Below the pieces are notes generated by a model. That model ran no database searches and was not told the origin of the DNA. It saw nothing but the letters and a program-made list of their open reading frames with translations. From Nemertoderma westbladi (Eukaryota > Animalia > Xenacoelomorpha): a stretch of 40,133 nt of DNA. This document shows positions 10,901 through 22,900 of this stretch, piece by piece. The stretch is taken from contig JAUCBJ010007313.1 of the NCBI GenBank assembly GCA_032718475.1, positions 1 through 40,133 on the forward strand, in the 5' to 3' direction. A program made the translations under genes and the position numbers. Within the stretch, counting starts at the first letter, position 1; every line of letters starts with the position of its first letter.

Positions 10901-13900
10901 AGCGAGATAATCCAGTTCGAACAAAACGGATTTGCTTAAGTATACTGAGCACTTATTTCGATCCATTGGGATTTATTAGCCCAGTTATATTGATTGCTTG
11001 TAGCTTGGTACAACAAATGTGGCTTGAAAACCACTCATGGGACGATCCACTTAAGGGAGAATTATTGAAGAAGTGGATGGAATGGGAAGATTCTCTGCCG
11101 GCTATCGAGGATTTTATAATTTCCCGTTCATATTTTGGTCATGTTCTCCCTACGTATTCCTATCAACTCCATGTGTTTGGAGACGCCAGCGATATGGGAA
11201 TAGGTATAGTAGCCTATCTAAGGGTAGAAACTCCGGATGGAATCAAAGTCGCCCTGGTTACTTCTAAGGCATTAATCAACAACAAGTTGAAAGTTCCTCG
11301 AGCGGAGTTAAAAGCGGCTCTATACGCTACAGCCATCGGCCGGAATGTAACAGAACAGATTGACTATCCATTAGAGAAAACTGTCTATTGGACCGACGCT
11401 TTACTCGTGTTAGAGTATATAACCAATGAAGTCTGTCAGTTCAGCGTCTTCGTTACCAACAGGGTAGCCATCATACTTAGTCGCACGACGATGGACCAAT
11501 GGAGACATTGCCCCGGAACGATTAACCCAGCAGACATCGCTTCCAGGGGAGCGACTCCAAAGGAATTGGTAAATACTCCCGAATGGTTAGGAGGACCTGA
11601 CTTTCTCTACAGAGAAGAAGAAGAATGGCCACCCCATCTCACAACAGCAGAGATCAGACAGGCCAAGGGAGCGGAGAAAGTTAAACCCAAAACTCGAGCG
11701 AGTAAATCGAAGTTGTTTAAACCTGCGGTTGATCTATCTGTATTATTTACTTCCGGAGAGGATGCTTTGGATCAGAAACCCACCGCCATGACTAAAGAAG
11801 TCTTGGAAATCCGTGACAAGGATTGGAAATCTGGAATACCAGATATTTCGCAAGGACTCTCACCTCTCTTGCAGAGAGCGATACGTCACTACAGTTCCTG
11901 GAATCGGCTCTGTAAAGCTGTCACCTATCTGAAACGATGTTTTCATCATCGTTACTCCGGGACAAAGACCAATAGTGATGATGCTCCATCAACATCTGCA
12001 CGAGTCCATGTTGTTAAAGACCTTCCCCAATACAAGATATCCGACAGGTTTCTAAAGGAGAAGATCAGTTACCAGGAGCATGATGAAACCAACAAACAGA
12101 TGCTGAGACTCCTACAATGCTATGAGGATTCCGATAAGTATTTCCTGTTATTAAGAAATCCACAGATGCGCTTAAGGGATCGCTTCTCTAGTACCATGAT
12201 AGATGGGTTAATACGTGTTGGAGGTAGACTGACCAACGCCCCATTATCCTTTGACACTAAGTTTCCCATCCTCATTAGAAATCTTGACATACAAATCAAG
12301 ATAATTGTAGATGTTCATAGCAAACTGTACCATGCTGGTAGAGAACGAGTTCTGAGCGAAATTCGAACTCGCTACTATTTTTATAAACCCCGTAGGGCTC
12401 TGAACCAAGTTCTTAGGAACTGCATACCCTGTAGGAAAGCATTCAGTAGGCCTTTAACACAGCGAGAGGCAGAATTACCTAGGGAAAGAGTAAGCTTCTA
12501 TGAACCACCCTTTACTAATACCGGTGTGGATTTATTTGGCCCTATTGAAGTATATCGTGCCCGGACTATAGTCAAGAGATGGTGTGTCATCTTCGTTTGT
12601 ATGACTTGTAGAGCTATCCATCTCGATATGGTAAACGATCTATCCACCAACAGCTTCGTGTTGAGTTTACGACGACAGATTGCTCGCTTCGGAACCAGTA
12701 ACACGATGAGATCGGATAAGGGAACGAACTTCATTGGCGCCAACAACGAAATTCAAGCTTACGTAAAGGACTGGAACAAAAGACAGGTGGACGATCAGCT
12801 AAGGATAACAGCGTCTAGCTGGACCTTCAACGCCGCCGACGCCCCTTGGTGGGGAGGAAGTTGGGAGAGATTGATTAGGAGCGTGAAGACTGCGTTCCAC
12901 TTTATTGTGCCTTGTCGCGCTTATCTCACCGACGAACTATTGCGGACGTTAATGGAGGAAATCGCCGCCTATCTCAACGAAAGACCGCTTATGCCAGTCT
13001 CTTCAAATCCTGATTCCCTGGAAGCGCTAACACCCGCGCACTTTCTACTGAAGAAACCCGTAGCCATGCTCCCACGATCGGAGATCACAGACGGAGACGA
13101 GTACTGCCGTCGAACCTGGCAACTTATGCAGTTGCTATCCCGTCGTTTCGCTGACCATTTCGAGAAACATTACCTGTCCACTCTACAACTTCGAACTAAG
13201 TGGTTTGCGCAGCAAGAAAACGTCAGCTCTGGAGACATGGTGCTTATTGTGGACCCCGATCTCCCACGTAAGCGATGGCAAACAGGTCGTATCATCAAGA
13301 CGCATATCTCGAGCGATGGTTTGGTGCGATCAGTAGAGCTCGTCGTCATGCGGCGGAACTTTAAGAAACCAGGGATAGTCTTTGAGACTCAACAGCTCAA
13401 TCGCCCAGTGGGTCGTTTATGTTTACTGGAAAGAGACAGAGAGCTCTCCGGAAACTATGGAAGGCAAGAAACTCTTCCCACGACCACTTCCCTAATCCAA
13501 CCGACATCTAGGGACTCCCCAACTTAATATCGTTCGGAGTGGGCGTGTGACCCTATTATTTTATATTATTTTTATTATTTTTATATTTATGTATGTATTA
13601 CTATGTAATTTTATTATAATCGTTTTATTTAATTTAGTAGAATATTATTTAGCGATTATTTTGTAGAATAGTGCAATATATTCGTGTTTATTACGTACGT
13701 AATTACTTATATTATATTTAGTGCGACGGCGAGAAATAATAATTTTTTCTCTTTCCTTACTGTCCGTATTATATTATAAATACGTAACTACAGTAAGATG
13801 AAATGTACGTACTTATTAAAGTACAATAAAGCCACTACTATATTTAAGTATTATTGGTAGGCAGAGTATTAGGAATGCAAAGTTCAGATCCTCGTGTCTC

Positions 13901-16900
13901 GGCTAAACCAAGCTCTGGGTAGACCTTGGAAACGACTTGCCTCTTCACACTGACATTGCTTCGTGCGATATTGCTCTCATACCGTATATTAAATAATACA
14001 TATAGTAGCGTGATGTCCCTTTAACAGTAGCGTATAACGCAAAATAAATCTGTTAAACCCTTTGACCATCTGTAATTCTAGTCGATTAAGATATCGCGGC
14101 ACCCACCGATATACTTGAAAGACAAATTCTAGAATCAGTGGTTAACGTCCCCAGACAAGTTCTGGAATAAATCGGTGCCCATCTCAAATATTAATTATTT
14201 AATATTTGCAAATCTAATAAATCAAAATCTGTAAATTCAGATCCTTCAACAATTCTAGTCAATTAAGATATCGTAGCATTTACCGATATTCTTAAAAAAG
14301 ACAATTGTCATAGAATTAAGGATCTTGTGTCCCTAGACATGTTCTAGAATCAAAATATGTCCATTTAATTATCAAATAATAAAATTTCAGGGAATAAATT
14401 TAAATTCATGCCTTTTAATGAATTTAATAAATTGCCATTTTTACGCAATTTATAACATTCCCAAAATTCCATTAATTAATAGATCAAGGGAGCGGAGATT
14501 TATCTTATTATGCATATGAGTGTGCGAAAGTCACCCAAACATAGTCAATAGCCGATAAAATTCATAAAGTCATGTATAGAACAGAACATTGACTATTAAA
14601 GAATACTATTAAATAACATCCCAGATCTGTATGCATTGGAACTACCCTAATTCTACCGCTAGCTTTGCATAATGTCACCATAGCAACAACCACGATAGAA
14701 TTAGAATTGAGTTAAAAGAACAATAGAAAGCTTGTCCCATTGAATAGCATAGGGAATAAATAGCGCACTACTAGTATCCAAGGATACATAATAATACAGT
14801 GACATTCTGGAAGGCATTGACTAACGGACAAATGGCCCGAATGTGCGTAGTTGTGACCAGTTGTGTGGTATTTGTGAGTTTATAGGTGAATGTTACTGCT
14901 AAAGTGTGTTTACAGTAGCTAGTCGCAATCGTAAAAGTAACCTAACTCTCCAAGGAATACCTGAAGTACATCTAAGCCTTTGGGACGGACAGTTGAGTGA
15001 CTTGTGCCGGTTATCGTTGTCGTTGTACGGCTACGTCGTTGGCGAAAGTATAGCGACAGCGGTACATCGGCGCTGAGAATCTCATACTGTCCGGGGGCAA
15101 GGGAGAAATAGGCAGCGACGCCCGCTCGCCTAACAATATATAAACTCATTATAATATTGGTGAACTCGTATAGCAGATATGACTGAATTAATAGAAGATG
15201 ATCTTGGTATCAGGGAGAGATATACTCTACCTTTACAAGCGTTTGTCGATAGCTTGATACGCGGCGACGCTGATCCAACTACTACGGAGGACGATGGTCG
15301 TTATATCGAACCGCCAATGTCCCAGGAGCAACTTACGCGTGAATTGGACTATAGAAAATTCACTGCTCGCTATACACATCGTAATGGTACGTATATGGAC
15401 TTCTTGACCACTGGTCATCCTATTGATTTACACGACACCGACGATGTCGATACCGAAAGGGAAATGGTTTTATTTAAATATCATACCCAGCGGAGTCGAA
15501 ACGATAAATCGAGAATAGAACACGAGAACTCTATTCGAAATCAACTCGAAGGATAGAACGTGGAAGAAGGTTGATGCGAACAAATAAAGGAGAACCACTG
15601 GAGAAAAGACATGGGTTAATGTCCAGGGTCCATAATGTGAATAGTTTTCCCCGGGGCACGGGTGCTCGCGGGCGGTCTCCTTCGGGAGGCTGTAACTTTC
15701 CCTTCCTTCATCGTTTTCCTGTAATTATTGTGATCAGTGTCACAATTAAAAGGCAGGAATGAATGATGATGTGACGGAAAACACATCCATTGTGGTATCT
15801 TATGGATACTATCGTATATCCTCCCTCCTCGCTACTCCTCTTACCCTCTTATATGTTGTTACTAAAGATACGACATATTTCATCCCACCTTCTCTTCCAA
15901 CGTGCTCGGAGCTTCGGGAAACGAGCACTAAACCTCCCATCCCTTACTGTTCATCTGGATGCTAATATTAGTGTCCGCACCTCCTGTCCATGTCATATTC
16001 TGTTGATATTTATGATATCAACTTCCACCCTCTCGTTCTTGATTAGATAATCAGCCACTTCCTAATTTCCTCAAGTCCACAACCGTGAAACAAGGACTGA
16101 AAGGACACGAGGATAGTTTGTGAACAACTGGTACCATTATGTGTCATAAATCTGGTTGTTCACCTCCCTTAATGATTGGGGATATAAATCTTATGTAGAA
16201 CAACTGAGGCAAACATATCCTTGAACTGGTTGTTCCCTCATCACACTGGGGATAAATTCAGTTGGAGATAGTCCTCGAATGTAACAATCCTCCTACTGAG
16301 ATCGTATTTCGGAATATTTCTGAATACGACATAGGTCTTCCCCTGCTCTTTACCACTACCATCACTGTCACTGTCGGAAAACATATTGGGCATACAACAG
16401 GAATATGGAGAACATTCCATACCCTTTCGTTGATACTCAGCTGATTGCTCCTTGGGCCGAAGGCCGAGGTTTCTTTCGCACTATGTATGCCAATACACCC
16501 AGCGACATTACTAAAGTACAACGGACGTCCATCGGACATCTTGCCTTTCAAGAATATGGATGGAACTTCAAAGTTGGAAATCCTATCAATTACCAGCAGG
16601 TATATGGAGATCATTACTCCCGTTTATATTTTGACGGACCATTAACTGCGCCTGGTGCAGTATATAGCTTTATGAGTGTTCCACTTCGCCCTTCCTTAGC
16701 TATATACACGATCTTTGAAAACGCAGCACTTGCCGGTTGGCTAGCCGATGTGTGCAGTCGTACCATACGCGCTCACCCGTTAATACTTGGAACTAAACTC
16801 GCCAAGTTAGACGAACATAATAAGTTCATACGTTTCGAATGTTTCCGGTGCTTTCTGACTCCGTTCCGTAACGTCAATAGTCAGTTCAAGGACCGCGCGC

Positions 16901-19900
16901 TGACCAAACTCAGTCTGAGAGACTCGGCTGCGGAGAAACTGAGTAGCGCTGGATTTGCCGTGTTTCAAGACGTTTGTATACAGAACTCACATTCATCTGT
17001 TATACAAAGACCCCGAATACCTACAGGTTATTCTGTCGTGGAAATACAGACAGTGGATCCACTTACTGAGACAGACGCACCCACTTCGTCTATACAACTG
17101 GAGGATGAACCAGTGTGCTTGGAATCAGAAGCGATTCAGCCTACAACTTCCTGGAGCAGTGACAATGATTATGTCATAGAGTGGTATCAAGGTCCACAGC
17201 GTCTCACAGCGTACGATTATCGACACGCCAACTACGTTTCTCGAAAACGTTGTCGATTATGCGCATCGAGAGACCACTTCATTCCTCTAGACTCGAGCGT
17301 ACCTTGTTCCTATTTCCTCGAACAACCGATGATGGAAATATATTGTGCTTATTGCCGGCTTAATAACTCTCATATATTTGCCGTCTGCCCACAATTTATG
17401 ACTCAATGTCACTACTGTCAATTTAAAGGACATGAAAGTTACAATTGTCCCTTTAATCGCGATTTAGAGAGCGTAGACGAGATGATCACCCTGCGATACA
17501 TCCGAGCTTGGGAAGCGAATGCCGATTTACATTGCGAATCCCGACATCGCTATTACCCTGGACGAGCTTACGAGGGAGTTTACGCGTTCCATCCTTATCT
17601 ATTCGCGTCGATTGAACAGAAAACACGCGTACCAAGTTACGAGTTAATGAAGCGTGTTGGTGAGTGTATTTCCACCAAGTTTGTCAGGAAATACCTTAGA
17701 AACGTTAACCCTAATGATATAACCACATATCACCTGATCAATTTTATCCGTCAGGAAGCCTGAGTATGGCGACATCTTTGTGAACTCGCATCCTGAACTA
17801 CAGGAAATATCTCGGCGACCATATGAATATCGAACCCGAGAACGCGAGCTGGAGAGAACCATTAAACCGAGAAAGTTCCTCACCACTCACGGTCCACCCA
17901 CCGTTAGTGTCCAGACGACCCGTCAAGGACCCGTAGGAGCTGCTGTCTTGAGACGCGCTCTAAAGGCCGTTAGACCTCACTCCACTGAGGTTGATATTAA
18001 TCAACCAGGTACTTCGACCGGCGGGTATACCGATCGTAACCCTGCACCTTCTGATGCAATTATATTGCACCCTTCGCCTAGGAGCTACAGCCCTCCTCGT
18101 AAAGTGGCTCGCCCCAAAGAGAAAATGACTCTTGCTAGCTTTAAAAAACTGCATAAACGCCGTCCGCGCAAGAAAGACTAACTGTTTAGAGTATTTATGT
18201 ATATTAGAAATTGTGATTTTGTATATTTTATAGACTTAAATCCCATTTTCTGGGAGCGGTGTAAAAGCTTTTGTGGAATAACTGATTCGTTTGCCTTGCT
18301 AACCAGTTCCCCCCCCAGTCGCTAGAATACTCTAAAAAGGGATATATAACTCAAATAGCACAAGCTACCGGCTGATTGGCTGATTCGCTGTGCGAAGGGA
18401 TCTGGGCTACGTTTGATTGTCCAACTAGCTTGGGAAAGTATCTCCCAATAGAATTTGAGTTGATTTTGATTTCGACCTATCACAGGTCTACTGAACTGAA
18501 TTTTCCTATCGTTATGCTCTTTCTCTGTGTTGGGTGGAAGCCTTTGTAAATAAGGTTATTCTTATCAGTTTTCAGTGTTGTTGGTCTTTCTTTCCTGAGC
18601 CAGGAGAGAACGGCTTGTAAATATTTTGTGCTTTTCTGTTTTAGTCTAACACTAGTAGGCTTAATTATAAAGGGCATATATCCGTTATCACAACAATCAA
18701 CAACTCAAAACAAACTAATGAACTTAACGCACACTGAATCACTGTGCATACTTTTATATTGTTATACTGCTATTTACTGTCAGTTCTTCATAATATGGTT
18801 GATGAATTATTATATTTGGAATAACGATAAATAACCCCGAAACCCAATATTCTTGATATACCGAAGGTAAGAGAGAAAGGTTACATATAACGATTGTGAC
18901 TTATGTTAAAGTGGTTTGAAGTGAATCTAATGTTATTTGATAGACCCTACATGATTCGGTCCGTGTTCCTTTTATATGTGACTAAAATCAGTGAAGATCG
19001 GCAGATCAGTGTGCAGTATTGTGCAGCATTGTGTATGAGTGAGACTGATAACGAAGCATTTCCTAAAGAATGCGCCATATATGTGAATTATAACTAAGCC
19101 ATATCGTTGTGAGTAGTTTAAGTCATAACTCTGTTTATATAGATAGAGCGCCACGTCCTAAAGGAACTGTTAATATTCCCCGAAGGTAAATAATATTGTC
19201 AGAGATTATATAATACTGTCAGTCGAATAATACATTAGGCTTACATAGCAATAAGATTAAGCCGTCGAACCCAATCTCCCGGGTATATCCAGCGGGTGAA
19301 TGATCGCGCACAGATTGGTTTCGACTAGTGTAGTGAATTAAATACTTGTCATAGACTAAAAGTGATTTATTATCTAGAAGACATCATAATTTGGCGGGTT
19401 AAACTGCCAAAGGTCTAAAAGCGCGAACAGATATTGTTAGTAATAAATCATCTACGTTGGTAGAACAAGGATGATAAAGTGCTATATTGCTTATAAAGCT
19501 ATAGATAGGCCTATGATAAAGTGATAAAAGGACAATAAAGCGATTCGGAGAGCGATTCGATAACATATTGGTTCAATGTCAACCCTGTAAGTAATTCCCT
19601 ATACTGACTGCTTACAGACATTTGGCCTTGTCACTCCCCCTTTTTTTATAAAAAGGTAACAACTTTAAAGATTAACAAAATAAATTCAATTCAATTAATA
19701 TTGCTTGAAGGGATTCCTATTGGTTTGAGGGAATTTTTAAATTAAATAATTTAAGCAATTTAATTTAATTTCGCCAATAATTATTTTACAATTGATTAAG
19801 GCGGCAGTGTGTGTGCCGCCCATGGAGTTCAAAAGTGAAAGATTTAAAAAGTGCGAAAATACTTAAAGGCGGCAGTGTGTCGCCTTTTAGGGTAGGATAA

Positions 19901-22900
19901 GTAATAATATGGTTTATCATCTTTATATAAAAATCTCTGGTACGAGAAGAAAATAATCCTTGGTCCGATCAAATAATTTATTTTTCTTGGTCCATTGGGA
20001 GGAAAAATTTATGTAATTTATCTTTGTTACGCAAAGGGTTTTAAAGGCGAGATTTATTTTCAATAAAATAAATTATGATGACAACTTTAATGACTGAATT
20101 AATGACTCACTGATACAAATCCTTAGAGAATATGGGACAGTTGTCGTTCTGATCTGCTACATTTATAGTAACTGTTGTTGTTCCTGTAAGTATCTTTGGT
20201 GTTGTCTGATCTCTTTCAACCCCCTTATCCTTCGCTATTACCTTAAATGTTATCTGTAAAGGAAGACACAAATATGGTGTTGGGTATAGGGCAGGCCGAA
20301 AAATAGGTAGGCTGAAATATAGAGATGTAGGCCGAAATATAGAGATATAGGTAGGCCGAAAAATAGAGATATAGGTAGGCCGAAATATAGAGATATAGGC
20401 GGAAAAATAGCGATATAGGTAGGCCGAAAAATTGAGATATAGGTAGAAATATAGAGATATAGGCTTAAACATAAAGATATTCGTACGCCGAAAGATATAG
20501 GTAGGCCGAAATATAGATATATAGGCCGAAAAATAGAGATATAGGTAGGCCGAAAAATAGAGATACAGGCCGAAATATAGAGATATAGGTAGGCCGAAAA
20601 ATGGAGATATAGGTAGAAATATAGAGATATAGGCTTAAACATAAAGATATTCGTACGCCGAAAGATATAGGTAGGCCGAAATATAGAGATATAGGCCGAA
20701 AAATAGAGATATAGGTAGGCCGAAAAATAGAGATACAGGCCGAAATATAGAGATATAGGTAGGCCGAAAAATGGAGATATAGGTAGAAATATAGAGATAT
20801 AGGTAGGCCGAAAAATAGAGATACAGGCCGAAATATAGAGATATAGGTAGGCCGAAAAATGGAGATATAGGCCGAAAAATAGAGATATAGGTAGGCCGAA
20901 ATATAGAGATATAGGCGGAAAAATAGCGATATAGGTAGGCCGAAAAATTGAGATATAGGTAGAAATATAGAGATATAGGCTTAAACATAAAGATATTCGT
21001 ACGCCGAAAGATATAGGTAGCTCGAAACATAGAGATATAGGCCGAAAAATAGAGATGTAGGCGGAAAAATAGAGATATAGGTAGGCCGAAAAATAGATAT
21101 ATGTAGGCCGAAACATAAAGATATAAGTAGACCTAAACATACAGATTTAGGTGGAAAAATAGAGATATAGGTAGGCCGAAACATAGAGATATAGGTAGGC
21201 CGAAACATAGAGATACAGGCCGAAATATAGAGATATAGGTAGGCCGAAAAATGGAGATATAGGTAGAAATATAGAGATATAGGCTTAAACATAAAGATAT
21301 TCGTACGCCGAAAGATATAGGTAGGCCGAAATATAGAGATATAGGTAGGCCGAAACATAGAGATATAGGTAGGCCGAAACATAGAGATATAGGTAGGCCG
21401 AAACATAGAGATACAGGCCGAAACATAGAGATATAGGTAGGCCGAAAAATAGAGATACAGGCCGAAATATAGAGATATAGGTAGGCCGAAAAATGGAGAT
21501 ATAGGTAGAAATATAGAGATATAGGCTTAAACATAAAGATATTCGTACGCCGAAAGATATAGGTAGGTCGAAACATAGAGATATAGGCCGAAAAATAGAG
21601 ATATAGGCGGAAAAATAGAGATATATGTAGGCCGAAAAATAGATATATGTAGGCCGAAACATAAAGATATAAGTAGGCCTAAACATACAGATTTAGGTGG
21701 AAAAATAGAGATATAGGTAGGCCGAAACATAGAGATATAGGTAGGCCGAAACATAGAGATATAGGCGGAAAAATAGAGATATAGGTAGGCCGAAAAATTG
21801 AGATACAGGCCGAAATATAGAGATATAGGTAGGCCGAAAAATGGAGATATAGGTAGAAATATAGAGATATAGGCTTAAACATAAAGATATTCGTACGCCG
21901 AAAGATATAGGTAGGCCGAAACAGATATATAGGCCAAAAAATAGAGATATGGGTAGGCCGAAAAATAGAGATATAGGTAGGCCGAAACATAGAGATATAG
22001 GTGGAAAAATAGAGATATAGGTAGGCCGAAAAATAGATATAAGTAGGCCTAAACATACAGATATAGGTATGCTGAAAGATGAATAGGTAGGCCGAAACAT
22101 ACGTAGGCCGAAGATATAGGCCGAAACTAGATATATAGATGGCCGAAACATAGAGATATTGTTGACCGAAAACAGAAAAGGCTCTAATTCCAAATTAGTT
22201 TTAGTTTAAAATAAAAAAATGTGAAAATTAACCTTTTTTTCTTCTTCGTAATCCAACAACCCTGGTCCAGCTCTTAGATAACCATCAGCTGTCATATAGA
22301 ACACCTCATTGGCTCGCACACCGTCCAATGAGGTGGAGTCAATACTGTACTCAACCTAAAAATATTCATAATAAATTTGTTTAAATTATTACTATATATT
22401 AAGAAACTCCCTTGTTTATTGGAATCCGATAAACTCAGACATAATATATAGTTGAATTAGAAATGAACTCAGATAAGATGTATGTCAGTGTGTTGGATAA
22501 TTGGATATTTAATTGGTCTATGGTGTTTTGTAGTTTGTGAGGCTTAAAGACTCTAATGTATTTTAGATTAACTCGATAAGACAGGATGTATGTAATGTAG
22601 CACTTTATACGACATAAAATGGTATTATTTTATACAACACTTAAAGATACTTTATGAAACGGGTGAATGATTTAGCCAAGATAAAAATATGTTAATAACG
22701 AAATTGACATTGGTCATGTATTTGCTTTTACTTATGCATACTTTTACTGAATAGGTGAGTAACCTGTGAGTTGACGTGTCCAGGTTTATCAGCATCCGTA
22801 GCAACGAGAGGCAGAACCAAAGACGAGACAGGTCGGTTCTCCTGCACAGACTTTGTGAAGGTAGTCAGTCCAAAATCGGGTGTGTTGTCGTTGATATCCT

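Larger units (their letters stand above)
2084..19429 (+). mobile_element. Full-length BEL/Pao (Belpaoviridae-type) LTR retrotransposon, 17,346 bp
   Basis: TG...CA LTR pair, 5-bp TSD GATAT at 2079-2083 and 19430-19434, intact BEL/Pao polyprotein, PPT before the 3' LTR. Confidence 0.97.

Noticed and set aside
5867-12746. Antisense and alternate-frame ORFs inside gag-pol (up to 201 aa)
   Set aside because: Shadow ORFs of a long coding frame
13533-13549. GGAGTGGGCG-TGT after the pol stop as a vestigial PPT/LTR start
   Set aside because: Downstream sequence shows no LTR similarity; too short to support
16405-17763. ORF B as an envelope gene
   Set aside because: No signal peptide, clear furin-site/fusion-peptide pair or C-terminal TM segment visible; Cys pattern is zinc-knuckle type
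20250-22193. Overlapping hydrophobic minus-strand ORFs (FRPTYISI...)
   Set aside because: Low-complexity minisatellite translation inside an intron
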